A program made the translations under genes and the position numbers. From NCBI RefSeq assembly GCF_009914755.1, contig NC_060931.1: a stretch of 64,000 bases of DNA. One strand, 5' to 3'. Below, in pieces: positions 17,479 through 29,512 of the stretch. The DNA comes from the human T2T-CHM13v2.0 reference genome, Homo sapiens. The notes under the pieces are model-generated. The model was not told where the DNA came from, did not search any database, and saw only the letters and a program-made list of their open reading frames with translations. Position 1 is the stretch's first letter, and each line of letters begins with the position of its first letter.

Positions 17479-17647
17479 CTTCATCTGTGAATGTGCTAAT
17501 CCCATGAGGGTTAAATGAAGATACATCAAATTTACTTCCAGTGATCCCCAATTCCAACACTGTTGGATCTTCTTCATTCAGGTCCATCAGAAGTATTTTT
17601 CCAGGACTGTTGGGGTTGAAGCTCTTTATTCCAGGATACTTTAATCC
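17479..17647 (-). CDS. PON1: PON1 exon 4 (169 nt)
   Basis: GLKYPGIKSFNPNSPGKILLMDLNEEDPTVLELGITGSKFDVSSFNPHGISTFTDE, inside ORF 17366..17659. AAG acceptor, GTAAC donor. Confidence 0.98.
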
Positions 17648-18890
17648 CTTATAAACCATGGAGGAGAAAAATCAAGCACAATACCAGTACTTCAAATGCT
17701 AATAGAGGCGCTGCATGGCCCATGGGTTCATGTTGACTGCTCCAAACCACAGGGCTAGCCAGATGGCCACATAGGAAGCCTCTTAGTTAGCTTCTGTAAT
17801 GGGTCCCCAGGAGAAGTCTTCTGGAAGCCACATGCTCCACTAGGCCACCCCACACAAACCCTTTCATCCCCTGCAGCAAAGTCATATGTGCACGACACTA
17901 CAGCTTCCAGCCCATGAGAAAGATCAAAAATGGAAGAGCAGACCAAAAAGGCAATTAATAATAGTCTTCAATGATATAAGCAAGGAATACAGAGAGAATA
18001 TTGCTTATGGCTTTTAAACTGTTCCCTGGTAGGTCCTTGGAAGCATCTCAAAGACAGAGTTTTGGTGGGCCAGAGGAACTACTCCTTTCTTAGCCTTCAA
18101 TCAAAACAATAAAGCTGTTGTTTTATATATTGTGTTCCCATATAAGATTTTGCTTGAAATACACCTTATGTTGCTCAAGAAAGTTTGCAAGACATTGCTT
18201 TGCAGGATGACTAGTCTATCATCTTTGTAAGAGAAAACTGGACTAAGTAAATTACAAGGGGTAGCAAAGGTTTTTAAATGGCTGGATGATTGTCTGTCGT
18301 TTCCTATCAACTCTGTTATGTTATGATCCCTAGGCCAGATGGTGGACTTCTTTTGTTTTGCACTATATCAGCTACCATAGCGATCTATATGCAGGACAGT
18401 TTCAGCAAATATGGTGGATTCTGTCTTCAAAGCTTGGGAATTGGGAATTGGGACCTATCAACAATTTTAAATTAAAGGGCTTATTCTGAAATTTGTTTAA
18501 AAATGTGAAAGTTGAAATGACCTGTGAAGTAGTATACATTAAATGTATATTTAATTTAGCAAATATTTGAATATGGCAATTTTAAGTGCTTAGGGAATAG
18601 ACAATTGAGAGGAAAACAATTCTTGAATACACTGAACTCACAAAAAAATTGCTGCAATAGAAGCTAACGTAATATGGTTCAATGTAGACCGAAGAACACA
18701 AATATGCATAGAACACGCATGATCATAATTATAGCACAAGTGTAAATGCATACACAATTTGTCTTTTAAACCATGACTGTTCATTTTATTTGAAAGTGGG
18801 CATGGGTATACAGAAAGCCTAAGTGAAAGACTTAAACTGCCAGTCCTAGAAAACGTTCTAGAACACAGAAAAGTGAAAGAAAACACTCAC

Positions 18891-18946
18891 AGAGCTAATG
18901 AAAGCCAGTCCATTAGGCAGTATCTCCAAGTCTTCAGAGCCAGTTT
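18891..18946 (-). CDS. PON1: PON1 exon 3 (56 nt), codon 55 = TTG (Leu)
   Basis: (E)TGSEDLEILPNGLAFISS. CAG acceptor, GTGAGT donor. Confidence 0.97.
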
Positions 18947-20479
18947 CTGCCAGAAAAGAGAACAGAAAGTACAGGTTGTTTCATATTATTGCAGGATGTG
19001 GATCCATTTCTTTATCACACCTCACTTGAAACTGGGGCTATACATCACTCTTCTTTAATAGGTTCAGAATAATTCATTCTTTCATTTATTCAAATTGATG
19101 AATGCGATTATATGGAAATTAAAAATATATTAATTCATTAACAAGTTTAATTAAAATTTACACTTAGTATATTTGTTTTAAATTGATGGACTAGAGCTTT
19201 TTCCTCAAAGACTGAATCCTCTTAAAGTTCATGGAAATTCACAAAACGTACAAAAGCCATGATTATTTGAAAAGAACTTGTTTTCTAAAGATACAAGGTA
19301 AATTACAAATATATGTTGATACTTAATACTTCCAAATCAATTAAACCCTTGGAAAGCCATATTGAAGATATAAGCAAATTCCAAATAGTTGAGTTAAAAT
19401 GGGGATACATTTTAGGTGATCAAGAATATGAATTTTTACTACTAATTATAAACATCGGTTAAATATTACTGTCTTCAAGTTAGTTATACTTTAAGTACAT
19501 GTAAATTTTTAACATTTCAATTTATCTAGAGAAAAATGAACTATTTGATAGGTATTTCTACACTTAGTGGAAAGTTTGCTTTTCAAAAACCCAGTGATAT
19601 TTGATATCAATATCATATTTTTCTAGAAAACAATCGCACCATAAGATATCTAGTGAAATTTAGTGGTACTAAGTCATCTGATCTAGCCTCCTGAGCCTTA
19701 ATCAACTGAGATGAATAATTCTAAAAGAACAAAAAAAAAAAAAAAAAAAAGAAAGAAAAAGAAACACCCAAAGCACACAAAAGCATGATCTCAAACCAAT
19801 TGTCTTCAAATAACAAAGCTGGTTGGTTGGAACCAGCTGGAGAGTTGAGCCCGGGGACTCTCCTTGTTGGTTGCCTCCCAGCTGCTATTCTCCTACCGTT
19901 TTATCTTTGCTGACAGGGCCTGCCTCCCACATTGGAGGCTTGATAATTACTTTCCCAGCATCCTTTGCAACTAGGGCACCAGCCTGTCCTCCAGCTCTGA
20001 CAAATAAGATCTAAGGGGAAATCTGCTGAGAGCTTCTGGAAAAAATTTTCCTGTCCAATATCAAAAGAGAGATGCATAAGGAGAAGCCTTGTGGTAATTG
20101 CAAAGTCCTGTCAGAGCCTTTCTAAAAAAAAGTTACCTTTATTCAATGCTTTATCTGGCTCTCCCTCCCCTCTTCTGCCATCTCCTCAGGTTAGATTGCC
20201 ATGGAATCAAACATTATTCTATTTTTCTTTTTTCTTTTTTTCTTTTTTTTTTTTTTGCTCTATTGATCAAACAAAAACAAACAACCAAAACTCCCAACAC
20301 CTTGGCAGTATGTTGGTGAAGTCAAAAGTCAAACAACATGGTATTTATCATTAACTACCACTGACTCTCCTGATTCAAAATTTTATTTTTGGACAGAATT
20401 GAACAGGCACATTAATCACACAAAGAGCAAAAAAATACCGGAAGTTCAAATGAGACCCTTCTTCCTCTCACATACATAC

Positions 20480-20550
20480 CGATTCCTTTAACTAAATTAC
20501 AGTTAGGAAGTTCTACGGGTTGTACCTCTCGGAGAGCATTAAGTCGTGTT
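20480..20550 (-). CDS. PON1: PON1 exon 2 (71 nt)
   Basis: (Q)TRLNALREVQPVELPNCNLVKGI(E). CAG acceptor, GTATG donor. Confidence 0.97.
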
Positions 20551-23054
20551 CTGTGGGGGAGAAAGAAATAAAACACACACAAAACTATTCAGAAATTATA
20601 ATAAGTTGCAAAGGTAGGCAGTCCACAAAAGTTCTCCTTCACTGTACTTTGCCTGAGTTTCAACTCCAGAGTTTTTCCTGCAATTTTTCCAGGCAAGGCC
20701 AGGGCAAGACAAGTGGGGAACTCTGGGTACAATATTTAGTTTTTATTTAGCAGAGGTGGATAGGTACACATAAGAGATACATAATATCCTCTCTAGGGCT
20801 CTGTGTACTTTGGCAGGAACAGGAGCAATTTCATCAGTGTGTAAGGACTCCTAGGTGGAAAGTCCGGGTAAATGGCAACATGGTTCCAGTTTATTCCATT
20901 GATGTTTTAGAGTTGCTGACAGATGGGCAGCCTCCTACTCATCTGCCCAATCTGACTCCGCAGCCTGGACTGGGCATCTGCTTTGTGATGTAGTGCTTGA
21001 AAAATACAGGTACGTTGAAAGGATTTGTAACTTCAGAAAATCATACACAAGGCCTGCATGTAAAAAGGCATTTCACACACACAGGTGCACTCACACACAT
21101 ACACAGGAGCGACTTATTAGATATGAGTGCATAAACACCATAGAAAATGTCTGAGTAAAGGACAAAGGAAAAATGAACAGATGTGAGAAGGAAGTGCCAG
21201 CCGGCTGCCTGAGCAGAGCGAAGCTACTGATGCTGCATTTGAAAGAAACAGACGACGTTAGCACAACCAAGAGATTTAAACAATAAACTTTTTTTTTTTT
21301 TTTTAGAGAACTAGTGATACAGTATTGTCATAGCAAGTAGTGACAATTATCCAAATATCCCTAGAAATCTTATTTGGCTTCAGATAGGCTAAGAAATTTA
21401 CTTGTCCTCCTGATGACTTGAACTCACAGGAGGCGGATGGGCTACAGGCGGAACAGACACGCTAGATAAAATTCTTACCGACGTGGTACAAAATGATAGG
21501 AATTTGGGGGTGATTGATCTTTCATTTATTCATTCAGAAAAAAATGAGTACATTCCTACCATCAGGCCACTGGCTATCATTTTCGCTGTCTAAAAAAATC
21601 TGACGTAAGAGGCAAGGAGTGCCTCTTAATAATCTGCTTTGTAAAAGTGCCACAGTTTGTCCCAACGTATAACCAGAGTAAAGAGCCACCAGTCTAGGTA
21701 CTAGAAATACAGAGATGAATGAATAGATGATGAAGGCTTGGACTGTGAGGAGACTGTGGTTTCCTGATTGATAGATGTGAACTTAGAAAGCAGGCTTCAA
21801 AGGAAAGTTGGAATCTGTCCCATAACCTAAGAAAGGGAAAGGTATTTTCAAAATGAAAATCTGACATTATAATTGCAAATATTGACAATAAGGAAATAAA
21901 AGGGGAAGTGATAAAGCAGTGGCTTACAAACTTTTCAGACAGAGACTCACAGTAGGAAAAGTATTTTATATGGTGCGAACACCCAGCACATGCACACACA
22001 TACACATACACATCTGAATCAAGCTTCACAAAACAATACTCATCCTAATCTGTGTCATACATTCATAACTTTTCTGTTCAATTCTGTTTTATTTATTTTT
22101 AAATGTTGGTAATTATTTACTAAATTGACTTTGTTACCCACCATTTGAAAAAACTCTGGTCTAGGGAAAGTGTAGTGAATATTTGTAGCATGCCCTCAAG
22201 GAACCAAAGGGCAGGTACAAGATGTTAAGGGTGATGGTCATAACCGAGGACAACACAAAGACTGGCATGGAAGGAGAGATTCAAGGACATAAAATCACTG
22301 AATGGGCCAAGACTTGTGAAAAACACCAAGGATAGTCAAATTCACTTTTCTTAGACTCAAAACCAATGGGAAGAATACTCACGCTGCCTGACTCACAAGG
22401 GTCACTAAACATATGGGTTCACAAAAGATGGAGAAAGGCAGAACTGGTCAGCTCCTATTCTAATTCAGGCTTCTCTCTCATAGAAGATGATCTCTAGCCT
22501 GGAAAACGTAGAATAATCACAGTTAAAGGGAGCCCAGGGTGGGCAAGGGGGCATTAAGTCAGCACTTGTTGATTTGGGTTCCAATTTGTGGCCCAAACAT
22601 GTCATATCTCAACAGGATAATCATTACTACTATAGTTCAGGTACCATATATGCCCGCGTTTAATCCTCAAACACCTCCGTGAGGTGTTATTTTCCCTAAG
22701 TTATAGTTGACCAAGATTAAGTGGCTTTCTAAGGCCACAGAGTTATAAAGTGGCTGAGCAGGGATTGGAATTCAAGTATGAACACAAAGCTCACATTTAG
22801 CTCTCTGACCAGGCAAAATCTACAGAGAACACTGCTTAAAAGCTGGAAGATGCACCTGAAAATTGACCCACCTGTGTTATTATCATCCAACTCATATTTT
22901 TTCTACCTCATTTTCAATTTATTAGGAAATATCTTGTCAAAGGCTTAAGTCCAAATGTTCTGGGCCTAAGAGATAAGGGTCAATGTCTGAGATATATCTC
23001 TGATTCACTAGACTCTGAACTCTGCGCAGAAACCATACAGCCTTTGCTGTGAAC

Positions 23055-23470
23055 TTGTCTGAGTCTGCTTTGTGTCACTCTAAAGGAACATCTGAGGCTA
23101 AGCAACTGATAAAGAAAAAAGGTTTATTTGGCTTATGATTCTGGATGGTTAGAAAGTTCAGGATTGGGTATCTGCATCTGGTGAGGGGCTCTGGCTGCTT
23201 CCACTCATTGCAGAAGATGAAGAGAAGCCAGTACTCACAGAGATCATGGGATGAGAGAGAATGTAAGAGAGGGGAGAGGTACCAGGCTCTTTTCAATCAA
23301 CCAGCTCTCTCGAAATGAATAGAGTGAGAATTCACTCACTCCCAAGGAGGTCATTAATCTATTCATGAGGGATCCATCTTCATGACCCAAACACCTCCCA
23401 TTGGGCCCCACCTCCAACATTAGAGATCAAATACGAGGTTTGGAGAGGACGAACATCCAAACCAAGGCAG
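23055..23470 (-). mobile_element. MaLR (MST-type) solo LTR, PON1 intron 1
   Basis: AAAGGTTTATTTGGCTTATGATTCTG...ATTAATCTATTCATGAGGG...CCCCACCTCCAACATT...AACATCCAAACCA. Subfamily uncertain. Confidence 0.75.
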
Positions 23471-24427
23471 AAGTATTCGGTGAAAATACATGCTGGCTGC
23501 TCGCAGAAAAAAGCAGAGATCTTTGCCTAGGCATTAAGAAATCCGTATCGATTCTCAAACTCTTCTTGGGGCCAAATTCACTCTAATCAGTCTATTTTCT
23601 GCTACTACACACGCCTCATTCATTCAAATTGCTTTTCATGGCCTACTATGTGCCAAGCTCCAATAAGGGCTCTCACACATACTTCCTCATTTAATCTTTT
23701 TAGCCACCTTTGAGAAAAAGATGAATATTTACCCTGTTTTGTAGGTAAGGAAATGGAGGCACTGAGAGGCTGAGTAAATTGCATGTGGTTGCTTATTTAA
23801 GAGGGTAGAGTTGGGATTTGAAATCAAGTGTCATGATACTAAGGACTCTTCCCTGTATTTCTTTCATACCTCTTTTTATTTGCTCACACTTTTCCCTTCA
23901 CCTAGAATGCTCTTTAGCCCATTACCCACTGGAAAGACCCCTACTCATGATGCTTTGTAGCTTCTCCAGTCTTCTGCATTGGGATTAATAACTCCTTAGT
24001 TTACCCTCAGGAACCTTCACATATACATCTGTCAACTTTCTTACCATAGTTGTCATAGTTGTCAGTTTCACAGCTGTCAGTTTTTGTTCTTTTGCTCCCA
24101 GTAGACTTTAAAATTGGTGAGTGAATACTGCAACCTATTCATTCCTATAACCTCCAGCAGAAACACAACGTTTGCAAAGAGAAGGTACTCTGCAGATGTC
24201 CACTGAAGTGTTTTGTGGAGATACTAGGCAAGTACATCAGACTGAGAAGATGGTGTTGGTTGCATTCATAGGGGAGACTGGAGGGTTGGAGGATTATTTG
24301 TCCTTATCTCAGACTTTCAATGAAGTATGATTATAATACATATTCAAGTATCACTCTATATTTTTGAGATCACATATGACAGCTATAAAAGCTAACGTTT
24401 ACAGGACATCTGCTATATGCCTGATTT

Positions 24428-24487
24428 TTATATATATATATATACTTAGTTTTATTTATATGTTTTATATAAATATAAATATATGTA

Positions 24488-24522
<35 letters not shown>
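24428..24522. repeat. Compound (TA)n/(TG)n low-complexity repeat
   Basis: Directly visible. Confidence 0.85.
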
Positions 24523-26556
24523 GCTGTAATATGTATTATTATCCCCTAATTTTCGGGTGGAGAAACTGGCTGGAACTTTTCTGGAATAAAGTGGTAAAAT
24601 AACTTGAAAGTTGCAGAAATGATATCTAACCCAGGTCATCAGGAATCCACAACTACTCTCTTCCCACAACTGTGTGTTGCCTACAGTAAGCATGGAATGG
24701 CAGAAATGCATCGAGAGGCCCAACGTTAGCTTTGTGGTTTCCTTCTGAGAAGGGAAACTCAGTGGACTCACGTATTGCAATTAGCAATGTAGGGACAAGG
24801 AAGTTGCCATACAGATGCTGCAACATTCCATAGCCCAAGTTGGGGTAGGGGAGGGGAGCTGTTTCTACCATCATCCAAGGCATTCCCTGGACTTGTGCGG
24901 CACATACAGCCGACTACAAAGGTGGGAGACTCGTGGGTGGGAGACTCGTGGTCTAGGGGAACTCTCTCAGTTCTTTTCTCTGTACTGCTCCCACCTGGGA
25001 AACTCAGAAATCTCTTGAGGCATCCCTTGTGTGCTTCCTTAAGTTCCCTCCAGCCCAGGCATATATAGCTTCCTGTGAGCCGCACACACATACACTCCAA
25101 GTCTGAAGAAAAAAGGATGCATCTATCCTGGGGATTTGGCTTGCTCCTGATGCAGGCCTCATGATATCATCTCTTGCCTTCTCTCCCTGGGGCAGATTCA
25201 TGATCTCTAATCCCCCAGGGAGTTTGTTCCATGACGCTGGTTCTGATTCAATAGTGTGGGGTAGGGCTTGAGATTCTGCCTGTACAGGGAGCCCCTAGGT
25301 GATGCTCAGGCATCTGGTCCCCAGACCCAGTTGAGTAGCTAGGTTTTAGGGGTTTCCAACAGTGGGTAAAATTTCCCTTCCTTCCTCTGTCTGGGTCACT
25401 CCAGGAGGCTCAGCAACCCATCCTTTATCTATATATTTTTATCTATACCTATAATCTCCTTTGGCAGCCACCAGCACTGTGATTAATAAAAACTCACAAA
25501 CTGTAATTTTTACATGATTTAAAAGCCAAGAATACCAACTGCTTCTTACTTTTTTTCTGCACTCTGTAACTTAAAAAAATTAGAAAAACATCCACAATAA
25601 ATAGTAAAAACCCATTCTGAATGTAAGCTTCTAATTAGTCCATAAGCTCATATAATTTTTTTATATTTAATTTTTATTAGGTTTTACTTTAAAGTAAATA
25701 AGGCATTGTTGACTAAGCCTTAGAGACTAGGATGATCTGTAGACTTTGAACTCCTGTTAAAAGTTATGAAACTTTTGATACATTCTTAAAATATCCCCAC
25801 CCCCCTTGTATAGCACTTAACCCTTTATTAAATACTTTAAAGGGAAGCAGGGAACTAACATTTATTGAATAGCTACTCTGTCGCAGGCAGTGTGTATTAC
25901 TATTTCCAGTTTACTGAAGCAGCTAAGGTTAGAGATGTAAAGTGATTTGCCCAAATCGCATACTCATGGGGCAGAGCTAAACCCCAGGACATCAGATGCT
26001 GGCTCCAGGGTTCCCTCTTCCCCGCCTGCCCCCACTGAAGCGAACCATCACAGCACACGTTAGCTCCACCTGCTCGGGTCCACACGCAGTTTTGCTGTGG
26101 CCCTCAGTAGCCTCAATTTGAGAATCTTCAAGCCTGGAAGGTTTGCCATGGCCAGGCAGTCAAGGCGCAGAAGCGACAGGGGCTCCTTTCTCTAATACAC
26201 AAAATATCAGGAGAACCCCCAGCCAGGTTAGTTTGTTTCTTTCCAGGTTGAGAAGTGAATCTGTAGCCAGGGCACACAAATCTTCATGAAAAATTAATTC
26301 GTGTATGCTGACAACCTGGGCACTCACACCCCTGGCAATTGCCTCCTTATCCCATGTCTCAGGCCATGAGCAAGAGTTTGTTTTCAAGTGACACATGACG
26401 GCTGGACAAACATTTATGAAACCCCCGCAGAGTGTGCATCTAGCACCTGCTTGTAAATGTTCTGTTAACAGCCTGGACCCAACTTTCTGGGGGCTCGTGG
26501 AGCTGGCAGGGAGTGAGGAGGACGAAGGCTGCAGCCCTCACCACAACCCAACTTAC

Positions 26557-26630
26557 TGGTAAGAAGACTGGTGGTTCCTGAAGAGTGCCAGTCCCATCCC
26601 CAAGAGGGTGAGCGCAATCAGCTTCGCCAT
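26557..26630 (-). CDS. PON1: PON1 exon 1 coding part (74 nt), hydrophobic retained signal sequence
   Basis: ACCATGG Kozak context, MAKLIALTLLGMGLALFRNHQSSY(Q), GTAAGT donor. The nine exons sum to 1068 nt = 355 aa + stop. Confidence 0.98.
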
Positions 26631-26830
26631 GGTCGGGGATAGACAAAGGGATCGATGGGCGCAGACACCGACGGGCTAGGAGGCTCTGCCTGCCTGCAGC
26701 CGCAGCCCTGCTGGGGCAGCGCCGATTGGCCCGCCCCGCCCCTCCCCGCCGGGTCCGCAGCTAGCTGGGCCGACCAGGTGCACAGAAGGCGTGGCTTGCG
26801 GTCAGCCCCCACCGCAGGAGCTCAGCACTT
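26631..26830 (-). promoter_or_regulatory. PON1 5'UTR and GC/CpG-rich TATA-less proximal promoter
   Basis: CpG-dense stretch. Tandem GC boxes GGGGCGGGGCGGG (Sp1-type) at ~26730-26742, CCAAT on the minus strand at 26725-26729. Confidence 0.85.
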
Positions 26831-29095
26831 TCAGCCAAAAGTCCCATTTTGCTCCTTCCAACTGTAAAGAGAGAAGACAGAGAATAGGTGCCTAGTCCAG
26901 TCGGGGAGGGGAAATCAAACAAGCTGAAGTAAATTGCCATGGGAAAGGACAGTCAAGCTTTGGTGAGCACTCACTTTGTGCCATCCCGGTCCTTGCGTCT
27001 CAGAGAGATTCAGTAGCTTGATCATGGTGACAGCCAAAAAGGTGCGGAAGGGAGGGCTGTAGTAGGAACCCCTAAGATCTAACTGTTCTCACCAGGCTAC
27101 TACTCTGTGTCACCTTCCAACATCTGGATTTCAAGCATTTTTCTCTCAACACCACTCTGACTTTAGAGTTCACTCAAGTACATCCCCCACACAGCTCATT
27201 CATTTCCTCATGCAGCTGGCATTTATTGAGTACCTACTATGTGCCAGGCGCTGTTCTAGATGCTACAGAACAGGACAAAACGTCTTCCTCAAGCTTACGT
27301 TCATTCCAATGGGGGGAGTCAATTGAGAAATCAGCAAAACATGTCACTGTGGCATATATAATGCTCTAGGTGATGCATGTGTGTGTTATGGATATGCACA
27401 TATGTTATGGAGAAAACACATAAAGCAAGAAAGGGGATAAGGAATACCCTCTGCTGAAGAATAGCAGTCAGAGAAGTTCTCACTGATAATGGGGCATTTG
27501 AGTAAAGACCCAAAGGAGGTGCCTCTGTACAACCATGTCTCTCTTCTCTGCTGTCTGCTGTTACTGTGAATGATTTGCTCCATGTCTCTTTCCTTCTCAA
27601 GGCTTTTGGTCCCAGTTATACCTTCTCTCTTCTGCAATATCTGTCCTTTCATCTCTTGTGGAATATTGCCAGCCAATACCAACATGCTTTACTTATCACC
27701 TTTAGCTTTCTGGGGGGAAGCTTCTTTGGCCTCACATTGTAACTACTGCCCTCTCTCTCTGCTCCTTCTGAACACTTGCTCTTAAGCCTTGAGCTACTAT
27801 GTAAAAAACCTGACCACTCCACTGGAGCATTCACATGAAAGGCCATGAACATATGGAGAGGGAAAGTGGTCAGCTGAAGCCAACCTCTTAACCATCGGCA
27901 CCAAGGAAGCAGAAATGAATGAAGTGGGCTATTAGACAAGCCCAGCCACCACAGCCTGGCCACCAACTGAATACCACTGGCTAAGCCACCCTGGTTAACA
28001 CCAGGTGGAGCAGAAGAATCTACCTAAGAAGTAGAACCAATGAATCCAAAAGAGAAGAGTATTCGAAAAGAGGGGGAATGATGATCTGTGTCCAATGTGG
28101 CTATGAGTTGAGTATGCTTATGGCAGAGAAGTAACTACTGAATTAGATAACATGGATACAATAGGTGGTTTAATAAGAACAAATTCTACACGAGTCAAAA
28201 GAACACAAACCATATTAGAATGGGTTAAGGTGAGAATGGAAGATTGGAGATATTTCACAAGGTTAGCTGCTAAACCAAACAATCATTTTCTTATGCTCAT
28301 AAACAGTGCATAAGGAATTTGGGCAGGGCCCAGCAGGCTACCTGGTTGACATGCCCACTGGGGTGTTTAACAGTCTTTTCAAAATGTGTCCAAAGGAAAA
28401 CTCTTAATCCCCCCTGCCCAAACTCACACTTCAATAAATGGCATCACTACCATCCAGTTGCTCAAGTCCAAAATCTACATATCTTCTTTCATCCATCTCT
28501 TTTCCTCACACCCTCTTGCACCAAACAGATCAGTCAGTCCTATAGGCTCTATTTTGTATTAGTTATCGTATGCTGCATAACAAATTATACTAAAGTCTCA
28601 CCATTAAAAACAACAAACATTTATTATCTCATCATTTCTGTGGGTCAGGAATTCAGGCATGGCACAGCTAGATACCTCTGGCTCAAGGTCTCTCATGAGT
28701 TAGCAGCTGAGCTGTCAGTGTGAATTGCCATCTTATCTGAAGGCTCAACTGGAGTGGGTGAAGGAGGTGAGATCAGCCTCCAAGATTACTCACACAGCTC
28801 TTTAGAGACTTCAGTCCCTTGATACTTCAGTCCCTTGATACGTGGGCCTCTCTACAGAACTACAACAGAACAAGGTAGCTGACTTTCACTAGAATGAGCA
28901 ATCTGAAAGAGTGAGATAGCATGCCTCCAAAATGGATGCCACAATCTTTTATTAACCTAACTTCTGAAATGACATCCCCTAACTTCTGTCATATTCTGTT
29001 TGTTAGATGCAAACTGCTAACTCCAGTTTACATTCAAGGTGAGAAGAATTAAACTTCACCTTTTGAGGCTCCCCTTCATATGCCTTGAGGCATAT

Positions 29096-29512
29096 TGATA
29101 TGGTTTGGATGTTTGTCCCCTCCAAATCTCATGCTGAAATGTGATCCCCAATGGTGGAGGTGGGACAGGGTAGGAGGTGTTGGGTCATGGTGGCAGATCC
29201 CTCTGAATTGTCTTGGTGCCATCCTCATGGTAATGAGTGAGTTCTCTTGCTCTGAGTTCACGTGAGATTTGGTTGTTTAAAAGACTATAGCACCTCCCCC
29301 CACCCCCACTCCCTCTCTTGCCATGTGACATGCTAGTGATGCCCATCACCTTCCCCCATGATTTTAAGCTTCCTGAGGTCCTCACCAGAACCTGAGCAGA
29401 TGTTGACACCATGCTTCCTGTACAGCCTACAGAACCATGAACCAATTAAAACTTTTTTTATATAAATTACCCAGCCTCAGGTGTTTATAGCAGTGCAAAA
29501 ATGCCTAGCCCA
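29096..29512 (+). mobile_element. MSTB-type MaLR solo LTR nested in an older MLT1-like LTR and an L2
   Basis: TGATATGGTTTGGATGTTTGTCCCCTCCAAATCTCATG start, CA end, 5-bp TSD CATAT at 29091-29095 and 29513-29517. Confidence 0.88.
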
